Shown: positions 49,638 to 59,230, counted from the stretch's first letter. The stretch: DNA of 64,000 nucleotides from Pseudomonadota bacterium (GCA_040384525.1 JAZKJE010000005.1:134541-198540); one strand, 5' to 3'. A program made the numbers and translations. The notes: generated from the sequence alone by a model not told the origin.

Positions 49638-49670
49638 AAAAGGCCCCGGAAGCGATTCCGGGGCCTTTTT
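49638..49670. terminator. bidirectional intrinsic terminator between rpoZ and rlmE
   Basis: AAA-AGGCCCCGGAA-gcga-TTCCGGGGCCT-TTTT: an 11-bp perfect stem with A and T tracts on both sides. Confidence 0.8.
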
Positions 49671-50351
49671 CTATTCGGTCGGCGTTTCGGCGCGACCCTT
49701 AAAGCCTTGGGCGACGACAAACCATTCGACCGAACCCTTGCGGCTTGCCGGCGGCTTGGCGTGCTTCACCGTGGTGAAGTTGCGCTTCAATTCGGCAACC
49801 ATCGCCGAATCGGCACCCCCTGCGAACACTTTCGAGACGAACGTGCCGCCCTTTTCGAGGTGAGTGACCGCGAAATCGAGCGCCAGCTCGACAAGGGCCA
49901 TGGTGCGCAAAGCATCGGTCTGCGGATGGCCGACGGTGTTCGCCGCCATGTCCGAGATTACCAGATCAGGCGCGCCGCCCAGAGTTTCAACCAACAGTGC
50001 GGGCGCCTTATCGTCCATGAAATCCATCTGTAAGATGGTGACGCCATCGATCGGATCGACGGGCAACAGATCAATGCCGACGATCGCTGCCTTGGGCACC
50101 TTGCGCCGAATCACCTGGCTCCAGCCGCCGGGGGCAAGGCCCAGATCGACGACGCGCTTGGTGCCCTTCAGGAAGCCGAACTTCTCGTCGAGCTCGGTCA
50201 GTTTATACGCCGCGCGGCTGCGATAGCCCTCCGCCTTCGCCTTTTTGACGTAGGGATCGTTGAGCTGGCGTTCTAGCCAGCGATTCGATTGTGGCGTCCG
50301 CCCGCGTGACGTCTTCACCCGCGTATGGCTGCGTGCTCCACCCCGGCTCAT
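49671..50351 (-). CDS. rlmE: 23S rRNA (uridine2552-2'-O)-methyltransferase
   Basis: ATG at 50351 overlaps the ppx stop (ATGA). SNRWLERQLNDPYVKKAKAEGYRSRAAYKLTELDEKF...VVDLGLAPGGWSQV is canonical FtsJ/RlmE. Confidence 0.9.
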   Translation of the reverse strand: MSRGGARSHTRVKTSRGRTPQSNRWLERQLNDPYVKKAKAEGYRSRAAYKLTELDEKFGFLKGTKRVVDLGLAPGGWSQVIRRKVPKAAIVGIDLLPVDPIDGVTILQMDFMDDKAPALLVETLGGAPDLVISDMAANTVGHPQTDALRTMALVELALDFAVTHLEKGGTFVSKVFAGGADSAMVAELKRNFTTVKHAKPPASRKGSVEWFVVAQGFKGRAETPTE

Positions 50352-51400
50352 AACATACGTCCATTCATCAGTCGGCGGAGGATGCCCTCGCGGATGCCGC
50401 GGTCGGCGATGCCCAACCGCGCTGCGGGCCATAGATCGAGGATCGTCTCAAGAATCGCGCAGCCTGCTACCACGAGATCGGCGCGTTCGCTGCCGATGCA
50501 TGGCACCTGGCTGCGCTCCGCAAGCGTCATGCCCGCAAGTCGGCTGCTCACTTCGCGCATCGCCTCGGTCGGCACGATCAGGCCATCGACCACGGAGCGG
50601 TCATAGGCTGCGAGGCCGAGATGGACGCTGGCGAGCGTGGTGACGGTGCCGCTGGTGCCAAGCAGACGCGGCGTGCCCACAGGGGGCTGCAGCCGGTCGG
50701 CGAAGGGTGCGAAGCTCGCCTTCACCCCCGCGCGCATGTCTGCATAGAGATCGGCCAGCCCCTGCGGTCCGGGCCCGGCCTGTCCCGCGGCTTCGGTGAG
50801 CGACACCACGCCCCAGGGCGCGCTGTGCCAATCGAGGATGCGTGGCACCGGCACTTGCGAATCGACCAGAACCAATTCGGTCGATCCGCCGCCGATGTCG
50901 AAGACGATTGCCGGACCATCCCCGGGCTCAAGCAAGGCATGGCAGCCCAGAACGGCAAGGCGCGCTTCCTCTTCGGCAGTGATGATGTCTAGCGCGATGC
51001 CGGTCTCGCGATAGACGCGCTCGATGAACTCGGCGCCGTTCGATGCCTGACGGCACGCTTCGGTAGCCACCGATCGTGCCAGCGTCACGTTGCGGCGCTT
51101 GAGCTTCTCCGCGCAAACCTTGAGCGCGGCGAGCGTGCGCTCGATTGCGGCGTCGGAAAGCTGGCCGGTTGTTGCCAGCCCCTCGCCCAGCCGCACAATT
51201 CGTGAAAAGGCATCGACCACCGCAAACCCTCCGCCCTGGGGGCGGGCAATCAGCAGCCGGCAATTATTGGTGCCCAGATCGAGCGCGGCATAATGGCGCG
51301 ATTCCGGCCAGCGCGGGCGCGACTGGCGGTCCTGTGGCGGCGTCAATGTTCCCGAATCGGACCCTGGGCCGCGGGGTATAGTGGCGGAGCCATCCCCCAT
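50348..51400 (-). CDS. Ppx/GppA family phosphatase
   Basis: YAALDLGTNNCRLLIA and VFDIGGGSTELV are ASKHA-fold Ppx/GppA motifs. 350 aa. Confidence 0.88.
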   Translation of the reverse strand: MGDGSATIPRGPGSDSGTLTPPQDRQSRPRWPESRHYAALDLGTNNCRLLIARPQGGGFAVVDAFSRIVRLGEGLATTGQLSDAAIERTLAALKVCAEKLKRRNVTLARSVATEACRQASNGAEFIERVYRETGIALDIITAEEEARLAVLGCHALLEPGDGPAIVFDIGGGSTELVLVDSQVPVPRILDWHSAPWGVVSLTEAAGQAGPGPQGLADLYADMRAGVKASFAPFADRLQPPVGTPRLLGTSGTVTTLASVHLGLAAYDRSVVDGLIVPTEAMREVSSRLAGMTLAERSQVPCIGSERADLVVAGCAILETILDLWPAARLGIADRGIREGILRRLMNGRML

Positions 51401-51516
51401 CTTATGTCACTCACTCATGTTCTGTTTGGGTCGCGGCCCGCAGCGGGCCGTCCCATGCCTGCCCTCAGCGGTAGCGAAGACTCAGGGCTGCGGCAAGGAT
51501 GCGCCCGAAAGCCACG

Positions 51517-51545
51517 TTGACACGACCGGAACCCCGCCCTATCTC
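51517..51545 (+). promoter_or_regulatory. possible sigma-70 promoter for tRNA-Gln
   Basis: TTGACA (51517-51522), a 17-nt spacer, then TATCTC (51540-51545), about 38 nt upstream of the tRNA 5' end. Confidence 0.4.
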
Positions 51546-51582
51546 GCGCGGCCTGCCAGCGGCGCCCAGAGCGCTTGGCCGA

Positions 51583-51656
51583 TGCCCCGTCGTCTAACGG
51601 TAAGACTACGGACTCTGACTCCGTCTATTGAGGTTCGAATCCTCACGGGGCATCCA
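51583..51656 (+). tRNA. tRNA-Gln (anticodon CUG)
   Basis: Hand-folded cloverleaf. The acceptor stem is TGCCCCG/CGGGGCA with U1-A72. The anticodon stem is ACGGA/TCCGT with loop CTCTGAC. The T arm is TGAGG-TTCGAAT-CCTCA. CCA is encoded. 74 nt. Confidence 0.93.
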
Positions 51657-51662
51657 GCAGGC

Positions 51663-52229
51663 TTATTTCGCCTCCGCAATCAGCGCTGCCGCCTTGGCGC
51701 CCATCCAGTCCATCCCGCCCGATAGGCGCCAGACTTCCTTGCCCGCCGAATCGTAGAGGATCGTTGCGGGCAAATTCGCGCCCAACGTCATGCTCCAGGC
51801 GATGTCGGTGTCGAGCCAGGGCTGGATCTTCTTGAACTTCGCTTTTTCGAAGAAGGGCGTGACCAGTTCTGCGCCCTTCAGATCCTGGCTGATCGTAATG
51901 ACGTGGAGCGCATCGCCCTTTGCCACCGCCAGCGCATCGAGCGTGGGCATTTCCTTGACGCAGGGCGCGCACCAGGTGGCCCAGAGGTTTACCAGCACCG
52001 GTTTGCCTGCGTAATCAGCGACCGTGCGCTTGTTGCCGAGCGAATCCACGAAGGGAAGATCGGGCGCGGCTTCGCCCTTATGACCGCGGTCGAGCTGGCC
52101 CTTATCGGCGGTTTCGGCCGCGTTGGCGGCGGGCAAGCTTTCCTCTGCTTGCTGCGACGCCGTGGATTGCCTATCGCAGCCGCCGATTGCCAGTGCTGCG
52201 AACAGGAGAAGCGCGATAGTTGAGCGCAA
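51663..52229 (-). CDS. TlpA family thiol:disulfide oxidoreductase lipoprotein
   Basis: A TTG start at 52229 is preceded by GGAG and gives [18 protein letters not shown] (lipobox). The thioredoxin motif WATWCAPC is present. The upstream part of ORF 51663-52487 is antisense to argH. Confidence 0.8.
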   Translation of the reverse strand: MRSTIALLLFAALAIGGCDRQSTASQQAEESLPAANAAETADKGQLDRGHKGEAAPDLPFVDSLGNKRTVADYAGKPVLVNLWATWCAPCVKEMPTLDALAVAKGDALHVITISQDLKGAELVTPFFEKAKFKKIQPWLDTDIAWSMTLGANLPATILYDSAGKEVWRLSGGMDWMGAKAAALIAEAK

Positions 52230-52245
52230 GGACGGCTCCAATACG

Positions 52246-53622
52246 ATGTGGGGTGGGCGCTTCGCTGAAGGGCCCTCTGCAGTGATGCGTGAGATAAACG
52301 CCTCTATCCCCTTCGACAAGCGGATGTGGCGGCAGGATCTGGCGGGTTCGCAAGCGCATGTCGCGATGCTGGGCAAGCAGGGCATCATTCCGGCTGAAGA
52401 CGCGGCGCGGATCTCCGCTGGTTTGACCGATGTGGCGGCGCAGTTCGAAGCCGATGGCGTGCCCGACGATCTGGCATTGGAAGACATTCATATGCTCGCC
52501 GAAGCGCGGCTTGCCGACGGGATCGGGCCGAGCGCGGGACGGCTGCACACTGCGCGCTCGCGCAACGATCAGGTCGCAACCGACTTCCGTTTGTGGGTGC
52601 GCGATGCGATCGATCAGGCTGAAGCGGCACTGGGCGGTTTGCAGGACGCATTGCTGGCCCGTGCCGAAGAACATGCCGAGAGCGTGATGCCCGGTTTCAC
52701 GCACCTTCAGGTCGCGCAGCCGGTGACCTTGGGGCATCATCTGATGGCCTATTTCGAGATGTTCGCGCGCGATCGTGCCCGGCTTCGCGATGCGCGGGTG
52801 CGGATGAATCTGTGCCCGCTGGGTTCGGCGGCACTTGCCGGGACCGGATTCAACCTCGATCGCGATGCGACGGCATCGGCACTCGGCTTCGACGGGCCGA
52901 CGCGCAATTCGCTCGATTCGGTATCCGACCGCGACTTCGCGATCGAATATCTCACTTGCGCCGCGCAGACTGCGCTGCACCTCAGCCGATTGGCCGAGGA
53001 GTTTGTGATCTGGGCGAGCCAGCCTTTCGGTTTCGTGTCCTTGAGCGATCAATGGTCGACCGGCTCTTCGATCATGCCGCAGAAGCGCAATCCCGACGCC
53101 GCCGAACTGGTGCGCGGGCATTCGGGGCGGATCGTTGGCAGCCTGGTCAGCCTGATGATCACGATGAAGGGCCTGCCGCTCGCATATTCGAAGGATATGC
53201 AGGACGATAAGCCGCCGGTTTTCGAGGCGCATGACCTGTTGGGACTCAGCATCGCTGCAATGACCGGTATGGTGGAAAGCGCGACCTTCCGCCTGGAGCG
53301 GATGCGCGCCGCCGCAGAGACGGGGTTCTCTACCGCGACAGACCTGGCCGACTGGCTGGTGCGCGAAGCGGGCGTGCCGTTCCGCGAGGCGCATCATATC
53401 ACCGGGCGGGCCGTGGCGGCGGCAGAGTCTCAGGGCATACGACTCGATCAACTCGGCATCGAAGCGCTGAAGCAAATCGACGACAGGATCGATGCGCGGG
53501 TGTACGACGTTCTGAGTGTCGATGCATCGGTATCGAGCCGGACGAGTTTTGGCGGCACTGCGCCAGTGCGGGTGCGCGAAGCGGTGAAGGCGGGCCGACA
53601 GGCTCGCGAGGAGGAAGCGTGA
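52246..53622 (+). CDS. argH: argininosuccinate lyase
   Basis: ATG at 52246 ([28 protein letters not shown]). The fumarate-lyase signature [12 protein letters not shown] is present. Confidence 0.96.
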   Translation: MWGGRFAEGPSAVMREINASIPFDKRMWRQDLAGSQAHVAMLGKQGIIPAEDAARISAGLTDVAAQFEADGVPDDLALEDIHMLAEARLADGIGPSAGRLHTARSRNDQVATDFRLWVRDAIDQAEAALGGLQDALLARAEEHAESVMPGFTHLQVAQPVTLGHHLMAYFEMFARDRARLRDARVRMNLCPLGSAALAGTGFNLDRDATASALGFDGPTRNSLDSVSDRDFAIEYLTCAAQTALHLSRLAEEFVIWASQPFGFVSLSDQWSTGSSIMPQKRNPDAAELVRGHSGRIVGSLVSLMITMKGLPLAYSKDMQDDKPPVFEAHDLLGLSIAAMTGMVESATFRLERMRAAAETGFSTATDLADWLVREAGVPFREAHHITGRAVAAAESQGIRLDQLGIEALKQIDDRIDARVYDVLSVDASVSSRTSFGGTAPVRVREAVKAGRQAREEEA

Positions 53623-53864
53623 TGAAGCGATTGGCGATTTACGGGCTGGCCGCTCTCACGTTGGCGAGCTGCGGCGCGCGCGAGGAACTCAAACCGGTGC
53701 AGGGCGCCGCACTGCCGCTCGCGCCTTATGGTGCGGCGGCCACGCCAAGCCCCGACGATCTGCTCAAACCGCCCGTGCAGACCCGCCCCGCCCGCAGCGA
53801 CGATCTAATCGAGAGCTCGGACAAACGGCGCAGCGACGATTTCGACCTGCCGCCTCCCAACTGA
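53622..53864 (+). CDS. small lipoprotein
   Basis: [18 protein letters not shown] has a lipobox. The protein is Pro-rich and about 80 aa. It lies between argH and lysA, a conserved position for a small lipoprotein in alphaproteobacteria. Confidence 0.7.
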   Translation: MKRLAIYGLAALTLASCGAREELKPVQGAALPLAPYGAAATPSPDDLLKPPVQTRPARSDDLIESSDKRRSDDFDLPPPN

Positions 53865-53880
53865 CGCAAAGTTTCCTTCC

Positions 53881-55143
53881 ATGAATCATTTTGAATCGAT
53901 CGGTGGCGAGATGCACGCCGAGAACGTGGCGCTTTCGGTGATCGCCGAAGCCGTCGGGACCCCCGTTTACGTCTATTCGACCGCTACGCTTCAGCGCCAT
54001 GCGCAGGTCTATAAGGCCGGCGTCGCCAAGGCTGGCCCGCGCACGCATGTGGCATTCGCAGTCAAAGCCAATCCCAATCTCGCGGTGCTGCGCGTGCTCG
54101 CCAATGAAGGTTTTGGTGCCGATGTTGTGTCTGGCGGCGAGATGACCCGCGCGATGGCGGCGGGGATCGCGGCCAAGGACATCGTGTTCTCGGGAGTGGG
54201 CAAGACCCGCGCAGAGCTGGCGCAGGGTCTTGATGCCGGGATTGGCCAGTTCAATCTCGAGCTGGAAGAAGAAGGCGTGGTGCTGGCGCAGATCGCGGCC
54301 TCGAGAGGCCTTCGTGCGCCCGCAGTGCTGCGGGTGAACCCCGATGTGGATGCGGGTACGCACGACAAGATCTCAACCGGCAAGAAGGAAAACAAGTTCG
54401 GCCTTCCTATAGATCAGGCACTGGCCATCTTCGACCGGCTGGCGCCGTTGGAGGGCCTCAACCTGCGCGGTGTCGCGGTGCATATCGGCAGCCAGCTGAG
54501 CAGCCTTGCTCCGCTTGAGGCCGCGTTCACGCGTGTCGGCGAATTGGTCGCAGAGCTGCGCGCGGCAGGCCATATGATCACCCATGTCGATCTCGGCGGC
54601 GGGCTGGGCGTGCCCTACAAGGCCGGCGACGTGATGCCTTCGCCGGATGAGTTCGGCGAAATGGTCGCGCGGGTGACCGAGGGCTGGGACGTTGAATTGC
54701 AGTTCGAGCCCGGCCGCGCGATTGCCGCCAATGCCGGGATGCTGCTCACCGAAGTGCTGTGGGTAAAGCCCGGTGTCGGTGATCCGTATGTGATTGTCGA
54801 TGCGGCGATGAACGATCTTGCCCGCGTTGCGCTTTATGACGCGCATCATGATGTGTCGGCTGTGAAGCCGCGCGGCGAGACCTTCACGGCCAGTGTCGCT
54901 GGCCCCGTTTGCGAGAGCAGCGACGTTTTCACCAAGAATCGCGAGATGGACCGGGTCGAGAGCGGCGACTTGCTCGTGCTCCACTCAGCCGGCGCATACG
55001 GCGCGACAATGGCGAGCATGTACAACAGCCGGCCGCTGGTGCCCGAAGTTCTGGTCTCGGGCGACAAGTTCGAAGTGGTCGCCAAGCGCGTCTCGGCCGA
55101 GGCGATCATGGGCGAAGAACAAGTGCCGGCCTGGCTCAAATGA
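53881..55143 (+). CDS. lysA: diaminopimelate decarboxylase
   Basis: 420 aa. The PLP site is in FAVKANPNLAVLRVLA, and the protein also shows HIGSQL and CESSD. Confidence 0.95.
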   Translation: MNHFESIGGEMHAENVALSVIAEAVGTPVYVYSTATLQRHAQVYKAGVAKAGPRTHVAFAVKANPNLAVLRVLANEGFGADVVSGGEMTRAMAAGIAAKDIVFSGVGKTRAELAQGLDAGIGQFNLELEEEGVVLAQIAASRGLRAPAVLRVNPDVDAGTHDKISTGKKENKFGLPIDQALAIFDRLAPLEGLNLRGVAVHIGSQLSSLAPLEAAFTRVGELVAELRAAGHMITHVDLGGGLGVPYKAGDVMPSPDEFGEMVARVTEGWDVELQFEPGRAIAANAGMLLTEVLWVKPGVGDPYVIVDAAMNDLARVALYDAHHDVSAVKPRGETFTASVAGPVCESSDVFTKNREMDRVESGDLLVLHSAGAYGATMASMYNSRPLVPEVLVSGDKFEVVAKRVSAEAIMGEEQVPAWLK

Positions 55144-55865
55144 GCTTGGCCGCCCTGCCGATATTTATGCGGCTGGAGGGGCGGCCGGTGATCCTGATTG
55201 GCAACGGCGAGACAGCGGAGGCGAAGCGCCGGTTGCTGGAGCGGGCCGGGGCGGTGATTGTCGATAGCGGCGCATCGCTGGCAATTGTCGCGCTGGATGC
55301 GCCCGATGCCGTGGTGGCCGAGCTTCGCGGGCGAGGCGTTCTGGTCAACACCGTAGACCGGCCCGATCTGTGCGATTTCACGCTTCCTGCCATCATTGAC
55401 CGGGATCCTGTGCTGGTTGCGGTGGGGACGGGTGGTGTGTCGGCCGGGCTGGCGGCGGCGTTGCGGCAGAAATTGGAGACAGTACTGCCTGCTGGTCTCG
55501 GCACACTGGCGACCGGTCTGCACGCCGCGCGACCTGCGATCCGGGCGCGCTGGCCCGATATGGCGGACCGCCGCCGAGCGATCAGCAAAGCGCTCGACAG
55601 CCTTGAAGGCGATGTCGTGTCGCGCGTGCTGGCCGAGGACAGTGCCGCACCGCAGCTGATGCACTTCAAGCTGAACTCACGCGATCCCGACGATCTCACG
55701 CTGCGTCAGGCGCGGGCATTGGCGGCAGCCGAGCGCATCTATCACCGCGCAAACGTCCCGCCCGCGATCCTCGATCGTGCGCGCGCCGATGCCGCGCGAA
55801 TTTGCGGAACGGCACCCGCGGACCCAGGTGCGGGCCTGACGATCGATCTGGAGATGGCCGAATGA
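55140..55865 (+). CDS. precorrin-2 dehydrogenase/sirohydrochlorin ferrochelatase (siroheme synthase N-terminal module) with vestigial methylase start
   Basis: ATG at 55140 overlaps the lysA stop (ATGA). LPIFMRLEGRPVILIGNGETAEAKRRLL...VNTVDRPDLCDFTLPAII matches CysG-N/SirC. The tail DPDDLTLRQARALAAAERIYH resembles only the first strand-helix of the SUMT domain. Confidence 0.75.
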   Translation: MSLAALPIFMRLEGRPVILIGNGETAEAKRRLLERAGAVIVDSGASLAIVALDAPDAVVAELRGRGVLVNTVDRPDLCDFTLPAIIDRDPVLVAVGTGGVSAGLAAALRQKLETVLPAGLGTLATGLHAARPAIRARWPDMADRRRAISKALDSLEGDVVSRVLAEDSAAPQLMHFKLNSRDPDDLTLRQARALAAAERIYHRANVPPAILDRARADAARICGTAPADPGAGLTIDLEMAE

Positions 55866-56815
55866 GCGGCTTCGCTTACGTCGTACGCAGCGGCAAGGCC
55901 GAGAAAGTGGCGCTCAAAGAGGCGCTGGGGCGAAAGGCCGATCTGGTCTGGACCCACCTCACCGTGACCGACGAGCACGCCAAGGAATGGCTGGGCGGCG
56001 AAGCCAAGCTGTCGCCTTATGTCATTGAAGCGCTGACCGCTGCCGAGACGCGCCCGCGCTGCGATGCGGTTGGCCCCGGCGCAGTGATCAATCTGCGCGG
56101 GCTTTCGTCGGAAGAGATGGCGGCTTCCGATCCGCTTGCCTCGATCCGGATCTATGCGCTGGAGGGGCGGGTTTTTTCGGTCACGCGCAAGCAGCTGAAT
56201 GCGATCCCGACGGTGGAGGCCGAGATCGGGAAGGGTGCGATCCTCGATCCGGGCGATCTGATTGCGGCGCTGGCGCAGGCGATCACCGAAGAGCTCGACC
56301 CCGTAGTGGCCGATCTCGGGGATTCGCTCGACGATTGCGAGGAGAGGATCGCGGCCAACCGCGCCTTCGAACTGCGCCGTTTGGTCAATCAGGCGCGCGT
56401 GCAGGCAATCGGCTATCGGCGGTTCCTCGTACCGCAGCGTGCCGCGCTCGAAAAGCTCGCCAATCTGGGCGCCCGCTGGCTCGGCGAGGACGACCGCCTG
56501 CATCTCAATGCCGCTGCCGACCGTGCCGCACGCATGGCCGAGGAATTGGAAAGCATCCGCGAGCGCGCCGCACTGGTCCACGAAACGCTCACTGACTTAC
56601 GCGCCGAGCAGATCGACCAGCGCTCGCTGATTATCGCGGTGGTCGCGATGGTGTTCCTGCCGTTGACCTTCATCACCGGACTGCTCGGGATGAACGTGGC
56701 GGGCATCCCGTTTGCGCACGAACAATGGGCATTCTGGGCGGTTGTCGGCACCTGCGCGGTGCTGGGAATTGCCGTCGCTGCATACTTCATCGCGCGGCAT
56801 TGGTTCGAGCGTTAG
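55862..56815 (+). CDS. CorA/ZntB family divalent metal transporter
   Basis: ATG at 55862 overlaps the upstream stop. The C-terminus LPLTFITGLLGMNVAGIP carries the GMN motif and is followed by a second transmembrane helix. Confidence 0.85.
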   Translation: MSGFAYVVRSGKAEKVALKEALGRKADLVWTHLTVTDEHAKEWLGGEAKLSPYVIEALTAAETRPRCDAVGPGAVINLRGLSSEEMAASDPLASIRIYALEGRVFSVTRKQLNAIPTVEAEIGKGAILDPGDLIAALAQAITEELDPVVADLGDSLDDCEERIAANRAFELRRLVNQARVQAIGYRRFLVPQRAALEKLANLGARWLGEDDRLHLNAAADRAARMAEELESIRERAALVHETLTDLRAEQIDQRSLIIAVVAMVFLPLTFITGLLGMNVAGIPFAHEQWAFWAVVGTCAVLGIAVAAYFIARHWFER

Positions 56816-57357
56816 GCGCTCAGCCGGGCACGCTCGGCTTTGGCGACGGCCAGTTCGCTGCGTACTTCGCCCAATTCGATCGCACGCGCGGCGATGCGCG
56901 CGTCGAGCGCGAGATTTGAACGTTTGAGTTCCTCGAAGCGGTCTGCGCGGACAAGGACGCGCTCGATCCGCGCGGCCAATACTTCGAATTCGAACGGACG
57001 CGCGAGATAATCGTCAGCACCAGCGGCGAAGGCATCGACGGCGCCGAGCGGCTCATTCTGGGCGGTCAGCAGGATCACCGGCAGATCGGCAGTATCGCGC
57101 GCGCTGCGAATTTCCTGGAGGACGTGAATGCCGGAAAGCTCGGGCATCACTTTGTCGAGCAGCACCAGATCGAAGCCCCGCGCTGAGATCAGCTCAAGCG
57201 CCTGTGCGCCGCTATCGGCGAGCACGACCAGATATCCGAGATTGCCAAGTCGATGCGCGAGCACGCTCAAATTAGTGCGACTATCGTCCACGGCAAGGAT
57301 CGTCCGCGTCGCGCGGCGGCGCATGGCGTTGCCAGAGGATGCAGGAGCCTGGTCCAT
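56812..57357 (-). CDS. single-domain response regulator with C-terminal coiled-coil tail
   Basis: The receiver shows AVDDSR, LVLLDKVMPELSG and ILLTAQ, but has ADDYLARPF (Arg where the invariant Lys is expected). The last ~55 aa are heptad-like (ELKRSNLALDARIAARAIELGEVRSELAVAKAERARL). Confidence 0.85.
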   Translation of the reverse strand: MDQAPASSGNAMRRRATRTILAVDDSRTNLSVLAHRLGNLGYLVVLADSGAQALELISARGFDLVLLDKVMPELSGIHVLQEIRSARDTADLPVILLTAQNEPLGAVDAFAAGADDYLARPFEFEVLAARIERVLVRADRFEELKRSNLALDARIAARAIELGEVRSELAVAKAERARLSA

Positions 57358-57404
57358 AGACGCGAGGTTATCTCGTTCGCGTCACGAAATGGTAAATGCG
57401 GGGC

Positions 57405-57806
57405 TTAGGACGCGGAGCGTACCGTCGACCAGGCATCCGCGATTTCCTCGAGTGAATCGGCGACGTTCCGCAAGGGCGCCGGATCGCGGCCAAGGCTCGC
57501 GCCGAGGATCTGCTGGCGCAGGCCGTGATAGAAGGTCGCTAGCGTGCGCGACACCTGGCCGCCCTTTTCAAAATCCAGACCGGCTTCGAGTGCGAACAGC
57601 ACCGCAGTGGCGCGTCCGATCCGCTCGCTCTTCACGGTCGCCTGACCCTTTTCCAACGCCCATGCCGCCGAACGCAGCGCCGATATGCCCTCGGCGTACA
57701 GAAGATCGACCAGAGCATGCGGATCGGCGCCGCTGGTGCGGCCCGCCACATCGATCTGGCGATAGGTGGATGCAGGATCTCGAGCGAGGGCAGTGGCGTA
57801 ACGCAT
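57405..57806 (-). CDS. fliS: flagellar export chaperone FliS
   Basis: ATG at 57806 overlaps the fliD stop. YRQIDVAGRTSGADPHALVDLLYAEGISAL is typical of FliS. Confidence 0.85.
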   Translation of the reverse strand: MRYATALARDPASTYRQIDVAGRTSGADPHALVDLLYAEGISALRSAAWALEKGQATVKSERIGRATAVLFALEAGLDFEKGGQVSRTLATFYHGLRQQILGASLGRDPAPLRNVADSLEEIADAWSTVRSAS

Positions 57807-59212
57807 CAGGAATCCTTGTTCCACGCGGCAATCTGGTTGGTTAGGAAGTCCTGGGTCGATTTATAGCTGGCGACCGCTGAATCCATCGAAGCGAACTGAC
57901 GCGTCATCCGCGTCCGCATCGATTCGGCAGAGGCGAGCGCCTTCTCCTTGGTCTCGGCCAGGTCACTCTTTTGCGCGTTGTAGCGCGTCTCGCTGGCGCC
58001 CAGCCCGTAATCCCGGCTCGACGCGGAAGACGAAACCGCTCCCAACGCTGCCGAAAGGCCGGTGCCGTTCTTGAACATCGCCTCGATCGCGCCGCCATGA
58101 TTGATCAATGCGGTGCCGAGCGTTGCGGTATCGACCTTGAGCGTGCCGTCACGCTGCGTGGCCACGCCGATGCCGGCAAGCGAGGTCGGCTCGCCGGCCG
58201 CCAGACCCGATGCCAGCGTCGCGGTCGTCATCGACTTGAGCGAGCGCAGCAAGGTGCGCGCTGCATTGTCCGATTTGAGCGGGCCGTTCACCGGATCGGT
58301 CGCTTCCTTCAGCGACGTCATCAGCTCGTTATAGGTATCAACGAAATCATTGACCGCCTGGCCCAGTGCCTGGGTTGGGGTCTGCGTGCCGAGCGTTACC
58401 TTGGTACCGACCGAGGCCGATTGCAGTTCGAGCTTCACGCCGACGAACAGATCGCCGATCGTGTTGGTCGAGCGCTTCACCGCGACACCATCGACTGCGA
58501 CTACGGCATCCTGCGCTGCGCTGCCGATCGTCGTGCCCGATGCGCCGACGCCCACTTCGAGTGCGTCGAGCCCCGGGCTGCCGGTTGCATCCAGCGTGAA
58601 GGCCTGCGCCTCGCCGGTATTGCCCTTCAGCACCAGCCGCGAACCACTGCTGTCGGTCAGGATCGAGGCAGTGGCCCCGGCCTTCTTGGCGTTGATCGCG
58701 GTGGCAATGTCCTGAAGGCTCGAATTGGCGGGGATCGTTATGTCTATGGGCGCAGCGCTGCCAGCGGCGAAGCCAGTCATTGCGCCGTCGGTCACAGTTC
58801 CGGTGCCGAAGGTCAGGCGCAGCGATCCGCTGCCGATCGCGGCATTCTTGTCGGCGATGAGCCCGCTGCTCGTCACCTGTGCCGCAGCAAGTGCGCGCAC
58901 TTCGATATTGCCGGTAAAACCCGCAACGGAAGCGCCGGGCAGCGCCGATGCCTTGACGATCGCGGTGTTCGAACTGGTAGCCTGGGTCGACAGCGAGCCG
59001 CCGTTGATCAACGTCTTCAGCGACGAATCGAACGTGGCGATATTGCTCTTCAGCGTGGCTGCCGCAGAAATCTGTGCGGTTAGGGTCTCGCTCTTCTTGT
59101 CGAGCGTGGCCTGCTTGGTGGCATATTGGGCATCGACGAGCGACGAGACGAGGGCGGAGATATCGATCCCCGATCCTGATCCCAGCGTCTTTGCAATCGA
59201 CTCGATGGCCAT
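57806..59212 (-). CDS. fliD: flagellar filament capping protein FliD
   Basis: MAIESIAKTLGSGSGIDISALVSSLVDAQ and the C-terminal FASMDSAVASYKSTQDFLTNQIAAW are FliD N- and C-terminal signatures. Confidence 0.88.
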   Translation of the reverse strand: MAIESIAKTLGSGSGIDISALVSSLVDAQYATKQATLDKKSETLTAQISAAATLKSNIATFDSSLKTLINGGSLSTQATSSNTAIVKASALPGASVAGFTGNIEVRALAAAQVTSSGLIADKNAAIGSGSLRLTFGTGTVTDGAMTGFAAGSAAPIDITIPANSSLQDIATAINAKKAGATASILTDSSGSRLVLKGNTGEAQAFTLDATGSPGLDALEVGVGASGTTIGSAAQDAVVAVDGVAVKRSTNTIGDLFVGVKLELQSASVGTKVTLGTQTPTQALGQAVNDFVDTYNELMTSLKEATDPVNGPLKSDNAARTLLRSLKSMTTATLASGLAAGEPTSLAGIGVATQRDGTLKVDTATLGTALINHGGAIEAMFKNGTGLSAALGAVSSSASSRDYGLGASETRYNAQKSDLAETKEKALASAESMRTRMTRQFASMDSAVASYKSTQDFLTNQIAAWNKDS

Positions 59213-59230
59213 GAAATCCCCCTGTCCCGA

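Noticed and set aside
51381-51725. 114-aa ORF spanning the tRNA region.
   Set aside because: It reads straight through tRNA-Gln (51583-51656), which folds into a canonical cloverleaf. There is no coding signature.
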